This document shows, in pieces, positions 19,801-27,334 of a DNA stretch of 64,000 bases; the first letter of the stretch is position 1; every line of letters starts with the position of its first letter. The notes beneath the pieces are model-generated. The model did no database searches and had not been told where the DNA came from. It was given only the letters and a program-made list of their open reading frames with translations. The stretch covers positions 10,817 through 74,816 of the forward strand of contig JAFXKD010000005.1 in assembly GCA_017531925.1 (NCBI GenBank). Reading direction: 5' to 3'. The translations under genes and the position numbers were made by a program. Source of the DNA: Clostridia bacterium. GTDB lineage: Bacteria > Bacillota > Clostridia > Oscillospirales > CAG-272.

Positions 19801-20445
19801 CTATGCTATGCCGAAGATAACTGCCGAACCGATTATTAGGATAAGAGAGAGCGCGATAGCACCAAACGTAAACATCGACTTAAAATCAAAGCTCCGCTCT
19901 TCTCTTTCCAAAAGCTCGCCGCGCCTTGCGCGTATTTCTTCAGCCTTATTCGTTTTTTTAGTTTTTACGGACGGATCCTTCTTTTCCTTCCGCTCCGCTC
20001 TGTCGATCTCAGTCTCAACTCTCGCCTTGGGATTTACCCTGTCCGCTTCAAGTCTGAGCTGTGCTCCGACGTTTTTCTTGACCGTTTTATCGGGAGATAT
20101 CTTCTTGTATCTCTTCTGATCGATGTTGTCAAGGACGATTGCCGTGTCGAGACGGTTCTCATACGCGGGCGCGTACTCGCGCGTCGCGCGATAGAAATTC
20201 ACGAAATCGCCATCGGTCATATATCTTCTGCCGTTTTCGATTCCGTTTTTGTATTTCTGCTTTTCATAAGCGGCTTTGAACGAGGTCTTGTAGAAGCTTG
20301 GAGCGACCGTTCTCGAAGATAGCTCCTTGTCCTCCTGCTCCGCGCTCTCAGGTGCGCCGCTGTAATTCATTCCGCGATTTCTGTATCTTGCGCAAAGCTC
20401 GTCGATCGCTCTATTGTCAAAGGGAACGTTCTGAGCCTTTTTCAT
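19801..20445 (-). CDS. Hypothetical Lys/Arg/Glu-rich protein with a single C-terminal transmembrane helix, occupying the position where ftsL usually sits
   Basis: ATG at 20445 follows GAAAGGA. The first 190 aa are hydrophilic. The last 23 aa, FTFGAIALSLILIIGSAVIFGIA, are hydrophobic. Confidence 0.7.
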   Translation of the reverse strand: MKKAQNVPFDNRAIDELCARYRNRGMNYSGAPESAEQEDKELSSRTVAPSFYKTSFKAAYEKQKYKNGIENGRRYMTDGDFVNFYRATREYAPAYENRLDTAIVLDNIDQKRYKKISPDKTVKKNVGAQLRLEADRVNPKARVETEIDRAERKEKKDPSVKTKKTNKAEEIRARRGELLEREERSFDFKSMFTFGAIALSLILIIGSAVIFGIA

Positions 20446-20462
20446 CGCGAAAATCCTTTCAT

Positions 20463-21398
20463 CTATATTTTTTCCACCACTCTGAGCTTCGCGCTCTTGC
20501 TTCGTGAATTTATTGCAAGCTCCGCATCACTCGGAAGTATCGGCTTTTTGGTAAGTATCTTGATTTTGGGCTTGTTTCCGCACACGCAAACGGGAAAATC
20601 CTTTGGACAGGTGCATCCGCTTGCAAGCGATTGGAAGGTCTGCTTGACTATTCTGTCCTCAAGGCTGTGGAATGTGATTATCACTATCCTCCCGCCCTCG
20701 TTCATCATATTCACAGCCGCCTCGATAGTAGGCGCTATAACGTCAAGCTCACGGTTGACCTCGATCCTCACGGCTTGGAAAACTCTCTTAACAGAGCTCC
20801 ACTCCTCGCGGCGCGCGAACGAAGGCAACGAATTTTTAATTATCTCAACAAGCTCTCCCGTAGTCTTAACGGGCGTTTTCTCTCTTGCATTAACAATGCC
20901 GTAAGCGATCTTCGGCGCGAATCTCTCCTCACCGAAATCGTAAATGATCTTTTTAAGCTCGTCCGCGGAGTACTCGTTGATAACGGTGTACGCGCTGCGA
21001 ACGGCTCTGTTGTCCATCCTCATATCAAGCGGCGCGTCAGCCATATAGGAAAATCCGCGCTCAGCCGTGTCAAGCTGATAGGAGGATACGCCGAGGTCAA
21101 GGAGAAGTCCGTCTATTTTTTCGATCCCCAAGCCCTCAAGAACGCTTTTGATGTTTGAAAAATTATCCCTTACGATCTTAACTCGCTCACCGTAGGGCGC
21201 AAGGCGCTCGCTTATCACCTTGATCGCATCCTCATCCTGATCAATCGGGATAAGCAATCCGCCGTCAAGACGTTCCGCAATTTTGGAAGAATGTCCCGCG
21301 CCGCCCGCCGTTCCGTCAACGTAAACGCCGTCGGGCTTTATATTTAAATTTTCTATGCACTCCGAAAGAAGCACCGAAAAATGTGAAAATTCACTCAT
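20463..21398 (-). CDS. rsmH: 16S rRNA (cytosine1402-N4)-methyltransferase
   Basis: HFSVLLSE and YVDGTAGGAGHS motifs. FHSLEDRIVK motif. Lies immediately after mraZ. Confidence 0.95.
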   Translation of the reverse strand: MSEFSHFSVLLSECIENLNIKPDGVYVDGTAGGAGHSSKIAERLDGGLLIPIDQDEDAIKVISERLAPYGERVKIVRDNFSNIKSVLEGLGIEKIDGLLLDLGVSSYQLDTAERGFSYMADAPLDMRMDNRAVRSAYTVINEYSADELKKIIYDFGEERFAPKIAYGIVNAREKTPVKTTGELVEIIKNSLPSFARREEWSSVKRVFQAVRIEVNRELDVIAPTIEAAVNMMNEGGRIVIITFHSLEDRIVKQTFQSLASGCTCPKDFPVCVCGNKPKIKILTKKPILPSDAELAINSRSKSAKLRVVEKI

Positions 21399-21413
21399 AA
21401 TCTCTTTGTTTTA

Positions 21414-21836
21414 TTAAAGTCCGCAATCCTCAAGAGCAGCTCTGAGAGCTTCCATATCCTGCTCTGCCTGATCTCTTTCGTAAGACTCCTCAGCCCAGAT
21501 CTCTGCGTAATCACCGCAGCCGATGATGACCGTGCCCTTTGTGATCGATGCGAACTGGAGCATCGTGGAAGGAAGGATTATTCTTCCCTGTCCGTCGGGG
21601 GAAACCTCGATGGAATTACCGATAAGGAAGCGGAGCGCCTCCTCGCTGGTCTTACGTGGAAGGAGCTTGATGGGAGCTATGTATCTTTCCCACTCCTCGT
21701 GAGAGTATATCTTAAGATAATTTCCGCGTATGCTCTGAGAAACTATGAATGTCTCGCCAAGCTCTTCGCGGTATTTCGCGGGAACGAAGAGACGGTTTTT
21801 TGTATCAACGTTGTGCCTGAAATTGTTTGATAACAT
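21414..21836 (-). CDS. mraZ: Transcriptional regulator MraZ
   Basis: Two DxxxR-type SpoVT/AbrB-like repeats (VDTKNRLFVPAKYRE and SPDGQGRIILPSTM). First gene of the dcw cluster. Confidence 0.95.
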   Translation of the reverse strand: MLSNNFRHNVDTKNRLFVPAKYREELGETFIVSQSIRGNYLKIYSHEEWERYIAPIKLLPRKTSEEALRFLIGNSIEVSPDGQGRIILPSTMLQFASITKGTVIIGCGDYAEIWAEESYERDQAEQDMEALRAALEDCGL

Positions 21837-21926
21837 ACCCTGCTCCTTTCATAAAATCGGCTTAAAAATCGTGAAATTCACCACTTTTAAACACTTTCGT
21901 GGGATTTTCCACCACGACGCATCACT

Positions 21927-21955
21927 ATTATACTAAAAACTAACGAAAAATGCAA
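21927..21955 (-). promoter_or_regulatory. Sigma-A type promoter of the mraZ/dcw operon
   Basis: Minus strand reads TTGCAT (21955-21950), a 17-nt spacer, then TATAAT (21932-21927). Confidence 0.55.
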
Positions 21956-22042
21956 TAGTTTTTTCAAAATTTCTGCGAAAAAATTATTAATTTTTTGTAA
22001 ACAAAATTCAGATGATTTGTGAATTTTTGCCCTTTTCCCACA

Positions 22043-22081
22043 AAAAGACCCCAAAGCCCATCGTTTTGAAGGGTTTTGGGG
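22043..22081 (-). terminator. Rho-independent terminator after the ferritin-like gene
   Basis: ccccaaagccc / gggttttgggg stem (one G-U pair), followed on the minus strand by TCTTTTTG. Confidence 0.65.
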
Positions 22082-22181
22082 TTCAAGCATAGCTTTTTCT
22101 TACAGCTATAATATTGGGGTGGGGGATTTTCCCTGATTTTTCAATTTTCGGGCAAAAAAATGCTCATTTTGGGGGTGAAAA

Positions 22182-23462
22182 TCAGCAGTTGCATTTAAAA
22201 TCCGTGGACTCCGCCGCGTGCGGAACGCGTCCGACCTCGACGTTATCACATCTACGGTTTCTGAGCGCGGGGATGGGATTTTCAGCCACCTCAAATCTGT
22301 AATCGGTACGGTGGCGGCGCAGATATGCATCTATCACGTTATGCGACGGAACGCAATCGACCGTGGGAATACTTATATTCTGGAAACGGTAAAAGTCCGC
22401 GTCCGCGGGCAAGCGCTCTATCTTTTCGTAGGTGTTGTCCTTCCCCGTGGTAAATTGAACGGTGTTCGCAAGAACGTCGCGCACGTATTCAATATTCGAA
22501 TGGAGAGAAAGCGGAGCCGGGAAATCCGCGCAGGGTATCACCTGCTCCCACGATTTGCCCTCGTATTTCTGCAAAAGCTCAGCCGCCTTGTGAAGATGCC
22601 CTATCTCCGCTTCAAGATTGCATTCCCAGAGCTTCTTGACGTAAGGATCTCCCTCCGTCATATAGCAGGACCAGTAGAGATAGCACTCGCAGTATTCGTG
22701 CCACAAAAGCATCTCAAGCCAAGTCGCATTCGGGTCCATAAGTGCCTCGTAATGCGTAACGTGCTCCTCCTCAACGAGCGCGATCTCCTGATACAAGCGC
22801 CTAGCGAGATCGTTGCAGGCAAAGTTCGTAACGTTCATATAATAATTCATCGTCTGCTGCTCTGCGGCGGTAATTATCATCGTGTCAAGAACCGTCTGCA
22901 CGTCTGCGAGCTTGGAATTGATGCTTTTGCGAACGTTGTCAAAGGGGTGGCGGTGGTGGGCGACCGTCGGTCTGCCGGGCATTATCTCGGTATATCTGCC
23001 CACTAAATGCTCGGGAGATGTTCCCTCCGTCATTTCAAGAAGATCCGAATAACGGTAAAGATGGTCAAAGTCCTCAAGGAGAGCAAAATCAAGCGCGCGC
23101 TTAACGTTGCAATCCCGCTCCCTCTTTGCAAGCTCCGCGGTAAGATCGACCGCCAGCTGCTCGTAACCGATGGTGTGCTCAAGCACAGTTTCGTTAATGG
23201 GCTTTAAAAGTGAGATCTTCAGCTGCTGCTGCTTTTCGACCTCGCGGCTGAGAGCTATCTCACGGCGAAGCTCGTTGTCACCGCAGTGGCGCGCAAATTG
23301 ATGCGAAAACCAGTTCGCCTCAAATTCCGTGCCGTTCATAAGTATTATGCGCGTTTTCGTGTAGGGATCGACCGTCTTTTTGTTGTAGGACTCGGGATAC
23401 ATCTCACAAAAGCTCTGAAGTGCCCTCTCCGGCGCGATCCCTCTCTCTTTAAATGGATTCAT
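22182..23462 (-). CDS. Ferritin-like (diiron-carboxylate fold) domain protein of unknown function
   Basis: Predicted all-helical. Two ExxH motifs (ALVEEEHVTHY, EAEIGHLHKA) plus paired upstream Glu (LEHTIGYEQLA, ALLEDFDHLY). Cys-rich C-terminal tail ...DFKCNC. Confidence 0.75.
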   Translation of the reverse strand: MNPFKERGIAPERALQSFCEMYPESYNKKTVDPYTKTRIILMNGTEFEANWFSHQFARHCGDNELRREIALSREVEKQQQLKISLLKPINETVLEHTIGYEQLAVDLTAELAKRERDCNVKRALDFALLEDFDHLYRYSDLLEMTEGTSPEHLVGRYTEIMPGRPTVAHHRHPFDNVRKSINSKLADVQTVLDTMIITAAEQQTMNYYMNVTNFACNDLARRLYQEIALVEEEHVTHYEALMDPNATWLEMLLWHEYCECYLYWSCYMTEGDPYVKKLWECNLEAEIGHLHKAAELLQKYEGKSWEQVIPCADFPAPLSLHSNIEYVRDVLANTVQFTTGKDNTYEKIERLPADADFYRFQNISIPTVDCVPSHNVIDAYLRRHRTDYRFEVAENPIPALRNRRCDNVEVGRVPHAAESTDFKCNC

Positions 23463-23521
23463 ATCTTACCTCCTTTTGTAGTTACTATAATATATTATGC
23501 GAACAAAAGAGGAATTTATAC

Positions 23522-23550
23522 AAAAATAAAAAGGAGAGCCGAAGCTCTCC
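23522..23550 (-). terminator. Rho-independent terminator ending the LRR gene array
   Basis: ggagagc / gctctcc stem with cgaa loop, followed on the minus strand by TTTTTATTTTTG. Confidence 0.75.
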
Positions 23551-23562
23551 CTGAAGTTTTGT

Positions 23563-24612
23563 TTAATTATACGTCACCGTACCGTCCATTGCTATAGTAC
23601 CGTCTGTGCAAATTATTGTGAATATTGATTCGGTATTGGCATTCCAACCATCTACCTTATCAATCCGTTTCCAATCTTCAACAGTACCATCATAATATAT
23701 TGTTTCTATATTTGGAGATTTAAAGAAAATCTCAAATCCAATAGAGTTTACACTTTTGGGGATTGATATTGTTTTCAAATTATGACATCCGGCAAATAAC
23801 CATCCACTAAGTATAACTACGCCCTCTGGAATATCAAACGAACTATCCGGTTTGGCGCACGCATAGCTTATAAAGACCGAGTTATCCTCAGCATACAAAT
23901 TTCCATCAATAGATGATAATACGGGGCTATCAGCCTCAACATCTATAGTTATTAAACTATTGTAACAAACCAACCCCTCACCAACACTTCTAACTGATGC
24001 AGGAAAATTTATGTTTGTTAGAGATACACATCCGGCAAAAGCCCCAGCGTCAATACGCATTACACCATCAGGGATGGTTATACTTTTCAAGGATAGACAT
24101 CCATAAAACGCAGAGTTGCCGATTATCTTTGTCGTATTAGGTATGTCTATATTTTTTAATATGATACATGCCTGAAATGCACATTCTCCAATTTGAATCA
24201 GATTAGGTGGCAAGGTCATCCTACGCAATTCACTGCAACCTCTAAAACATTCTTCTTGGATTGTCGTAACGCCTGCAGGAATAGTTACCTTAATAAGTTG
24301 TTTACAATCCTGAAAAGCCCCCTTGCCTATTCGGGTTACATTATTGCCTCCCGAAACCGTTTCAATATCCGTACCTTTAAATGCGTAATCGGCTATGGCA
24401 GTCACCTCATAACCTCCAAGAGCATCAGGAATAGTCAAATCCTTGGAAGAATACTTACCTATACCTGTTATGGTACAAGTTTTGCCATCGTCGTTTACGG
24501 TATATTCAAGCCCCTTACTGCCGTCAATACACGCGCAAGTCGTAATAGCACACAGCATCAACACCATTGTCAGAACTACTGTGGTTATAATTAAACGTAA
24601 ACTTGATTTCAT
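23563..24612 (-). CDS. Secreted/cell-surface leucine-rich-repeat protein (BspA-type LRR), copy 1 of 3
   Basis: ATG at 24612 lies 5 nt after GGAGG. N-terminal hydrophobic signal/anchor. About 23-aa repeats of the form IP.sVt.Ig..AF..C..L. Conserved C-terminal module TESIFTIICTDGTIAMDGTVTYN. Confidence 0.85.
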   Translation of the reverse strand: MKSSLRLIITTVVLTMVLMLCAITTCACIDGSKGLEYTVNDDGKTCTITGIGKYSSKDLTIPDALGGYEVTAIADYAFKGTDIETVSGGNNVTRIGKGAFQDCKQLIKVTIPAGVTTIQEECFRGCSELRRMTLPPNLIQIGECAFQACIILKNIDIPNTTKIIGNSAFYGCLSLKSITIPDGVMRIDAGAFAGCVSLTNINFPASVRSVGEGLVCYNSLITIDVEADSPVLSSIDGNLYAEDNSVFISYACAKPDSSFDIPEGVVILSGWLFAGCHNLKTISIPKSVNSIGFEIFFKSPNIETIYYDGTVEDWKRIDKVDGWNANTESIFTIICTDGTIAMDGTVTYN

Positions 24613-24697
24613 AGTGCCTCCTAACACATTTTAATCTTTCATTAACTCCTATTTACCAAAACTTCCGGTAAAAGACTCATTGAGGATTGTAAAACCT

Positions 24698-24725
24698 CCC
24701 CTGCGGAGCAATTACTCCACAGGGG
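24698..24725 (-). terminator. Hairpin directly after LRR copy 2 (possible partial terminator)
   Basis: cccctgcggag / ctccacagggg with one mismatch. Only a 4-T run follows on the minus strand. Confidence 0.45.
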
Positions 24726-24731
24726 TTGATT

Positions 24732-25721
24732 TTAGTTATACGTCACCGTACCATCCATTGATATAGTACCGTCTGTACAGATTATGGTGAATATTGATTC
24801 GGTGTTTTTATTCCAATCGGCTTTCTTCTCGATATTGTTCCAATCCTCAACCGTTCCCTCATAATATATTGTTTCTATATTTGGAGACAGATAGAAAATC
24901 CCACCTCTAATAGAGTTTACACTTTTTGGGATTGATATGGTTTTTAAATAAGGACATCCGGCAAACGACATTCCACCAATTCTAACTACGCCCTCGGGAA
25001 TATCAAAAGAACTATCTGTTTTGGCACACGCATAACTGATAAAAACCCTGCTAAAATTAGCGTACAAATTTCCATCAATAGATGATAATACGGGACTATT
25101 TGTATCAACATCTATAGTGGTTAAACTATTATTGCCAACCAAACCTTCACCAACACTTCTAATTGATGCAGGAAAACAAATACTTGTTAGAGAAACACAA
25201 TAGCCAAAAGCTCCACTTTCGATACAAGTTACGCTATCAGGTATGATTATGCTTTTCAAGGAGGTACATGCACAAAACGCGTTTCCTCCAATTGTTTTTA
25301 CTGTGTTTGGAATGTTAATTTCGGTCATACGCACGCACAAATCAAACGCGCCGTATCCAATTTCAGTTATGCCTATAGGGAGATCCACTTTCTTAAGCTC
25401 TGAGCAGTTGTGGAAAGCATCCATGCCTATTCGAGTAAGATTTTTTCCTCCCGAAAACGTTTCAATATCCGTTCCTTGAAATGCGTAGTCTGCTATAGCA
25501 GTTACTTCATAATCACCAATAGTATCAGGGATAACCAAGTCCTTGGAAGAATAGGTTCCCAAGCCTGTAATGGTACAAGTAGTATTATCAGCGTTGATTT
25601 TATATTCTAATCCTCTGCTATCAGGATATAGACTGTTTATGAGAACAATTAATATCACAATTGCACACATACACAAGGTAAGACAAATAGTCAATATAAA
25701 GGTTTTCTTTTTATCTTTCAT
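24732..25721 (-). CDS. Secreted/cell-surface leucine-rich-repeat protein (BspA-type LRR), copy 2 of 3 (one repeat unit shorter, different signal peptide)
   Basis: ATG at 25721 follows GGAGG. Same repeat architecture and C-terminal module as copies 1 and 3. Confidence 0.85.
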   Translation of the reverse strand: MKDKKKTFILTICLTLCMCAIVILIVLINSLYPDSRGLEYKINADNTTCTITGLGTYSSKDLVIPDTIGDYEVTAIADYAFQGTDIETFSGGKNLTRIGMDAFHNCSELKKVDLPIGITEIGYGAFDLCVRMTEINIPNTVKTIGGNAFCACTSLKSIIIPDSVTCIESGAFGYCVSLTSICFPASIRSVGEGLVGNNSLTTIDVDTNSPVLSSIDGNLYANFSRVFISYACAKTDSSFDIPEGVVRIGGMSFAGCPYLKTISIPKSVNSIRGGIFYLSPNIETIYYEGTVEDWNNIEKKADWNKNTESIFTIICTDGTISMDGTVTYN

Positions 25722-25805
25722 AATGCCTCCTAACACAGTTTATTTTTCATTAACTCCTATTAATCAAAGCTTCCGGTAAAAGATTCATTGAGGATTGTAA
25801 AACCT

Positions 25806-25833
25806 CCCCTGCGGAGCAATTACTTCACAGGGG
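25806..25833 (-). terminator. Hairpin directly after LRR copy 3 (degenerate copy of the 24698 hairpin)
   Basis: cccctgcggag / cttcacagggg with two mismatches. Weak T-run. Confidence 0.35.
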
Positions 25834-25839
25834 TTGATT

Positions 25840-26889
25840 TTAGTTATACGTCACCGTACCGTCCATTGCTATAGTGCCGTCTGTACAGATTATTGTGAAT
25901 ATTGATTCGGTTCCTGCATTCCAATTATCATCCTTATCAATCCTGTGCCAATCTTCAAGAGTTCCGTCATAATATATTGTTTCGATATTTGGAGAAAAGC
26001 AGAAAATCCCAGCTCCAATAGAGTTTATACTTTTGGGGATTAATATTGTTTTCAAATTAAGACATCCGGCAAACGACCATGTACCAATTCTAACTACGGT
26101 CTTAGGAATATCAAAAGAACTATCCGGTTTGGCACACGCATAACTGATAAAAACCCTGCTAAAATCACCGTACAAATTTCCATCAATAGATGATAATACG
26201 GGACTATTTGTATCAACATTTATAGTGGTTAAATTATTGTAACTAACAAACCCCTCACCAACACTTCTAACTGATGCAGGAAAATTTATGTTTGTTAGAG
26301 ATACACATCCGGCAAAAGCCCCAGCGTCAATACGCATTACACCATTAGGGATGATTATACTTTTCAAGGAGACACATCCACAAAACGCGGTTGCTCCAAT
26401 TGTCTTTACTGTGTTTGGTATGTTAATTTCGGTTATTCGCACGCATGCACCAAACGCACTTTCTCCAATTTCAATAAGATTAGGTGGCAAGGTCAACCGA
26501 CGTAATTCACTGCAATCTCTAAAGCAGTCTTGCTCGATTGTCTTAACTCTCGCAGGAATAATTGCCGTTTTGAGTTGCTGACAATCCTGAAAAGCACCTA
26601 TACCTATTTTCGTTATATTTTCGCCTCCCGAAAATGTTTCAATATCCGTTTTCTGAAATGCGTAGTCTGCTATAGCGGTTACTTCATAATCACCAATTTT
26701 AGAAGGAATAACCAAGTCTTTAGAAGAATAGGTCCCTAAGCCTGTGATAGTGCAGGTTTCACCGTCACTATTCACTTCATATTCAAGCCCCTTACTGCCG
26801 TCAATACACGCGCAAGTCGTAATAGCACACAGCATCAACACCATTGTCAGAACTACTGTGGTTATAATTAAACGCAAACTTGATTTCAT
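25840..26889 (-). CDS. Secreted/cell-surface leucine-rich-repeat protein (BspA-type LRR), copy 3 of 3
   Basis: ATG at 26889 follows GGAGG. The first 37 aa and last 23 aa are identical to copy 1. Confidence 0.85.
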   Translation of the reverse strand: MKSSLRLIITTVVLTMVLMLCAITTCACIDGSKGLEYEVNSDGETCTITGLGTYSSKDLVIPSKIGDYEVTAIADYAFQKTDIETFSGGENITKIGIGAFQDCQQLKTAIIPARVKTIEQDCFRDCSELRRLTLPPNLIEIGESAFGACVRITEINIPNTVKTIGATAFCGCVSLKSIIIPNGVMRIDAGAFAGCVSLTNINFPASVRSVGEGFVSYNNLTTINVDTNSPVLSSIDGNLYGDFSRVFISYACAKPDSSFDIPKTVVRIGTWSFAGCLNLKTILIPKSINSIGAGIFCFSPNIETIYYDGTLEDWHRIDKDDNWNAGTESIFTIICTDGTIAMDGTVTYN

Positions 26890-27014
26890 AGTACCTCCTA
26901 ACACATTTTAATCTTTCATTAACTCCTATTTACCAAAACTTCCGGTAAAAGATTCATTGAGAATTGTAAATCTCGAATTGAGGCAGCACAACTTGTCCAA
27001 TTGATCCTATTAAA

Positions 27015-27043
27015 ATTATACACCAAGTAAAAAATTTTGTCAA
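27015..27043 (-). promoter_or_regulatory. Sigma-A type promoter upstream of the LRR array
   Basis: Minus strand reads TTGACA (27043-27038), a 17-nt spacer, then TATAAT (27020-27015). It lies about 125 nt upstream of the copy 3 start. Confidence 0.6.
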
Positions 27044-27294
27044 CACCAAACATCTTTTACAATTCTTTATTACTCCGCGCGTGCCATGCCTTGGCAAATT
27101 GCTTACTTCGGCAAAAACGCGTTTTCGTTTGCGAAACGTTGTCGCAAGACAACGAGCGTTTTTCGACGGCGCGCCGCTCAATTTTTCGCTTCCTGCCACA
27201 TTTCACGCGCGGCGGGGTGCCACACTGTGCCATTTTTTCGCAATTTTTCGCAAAAATCGTCATTTTTTCTCAAAAAACAAGGTATTTTTATGCG

Positions 27295-27321
27295 CAAAAA
27301 AGACAGGACACGCGTCCTGTC
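27295..27321. terminator. Bidirectional terminator after the TIGR01212-type radical SAM gene
   Basis: gacaggac / gtcctgtc stem, flanked by AAAAAA and TTTTCTTTATTTTTT. Confidence 0.75.
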
Positions 27322-27334
27322 TTTTCTTTATTTT

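Larger units (their letters stand above)
23563..26955 (-). repeat. Tandem triplication (periods about 1169 and 1108 nt) of an LRR gene plus its roughly 65-nt leader
   Basis: Stops at 23563, 24732 and 25840. The leader ...ttaccggaagttttggtaaataggagttaatgaaagattaaaatgtgttaggagg... is present upstream of all three starts. Confidence 0.9.

Noticed and set aside
22132-22165. A motif of about 30 nt, caattttcgggcaaaaaaatgctcatttt. It resembles caatttttcgcaaaaatcgtcatttttt at 27241-27272, so the two would bracket the ferritin-like gene plus LRR block like att-type direct repeats.
   Set aside because: The similarity is short, AT-rich and imperfect (about 75 percent by eye). No integrase or recombinase is present. 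This is not distinguishable from chance without a genome-wide motif count.
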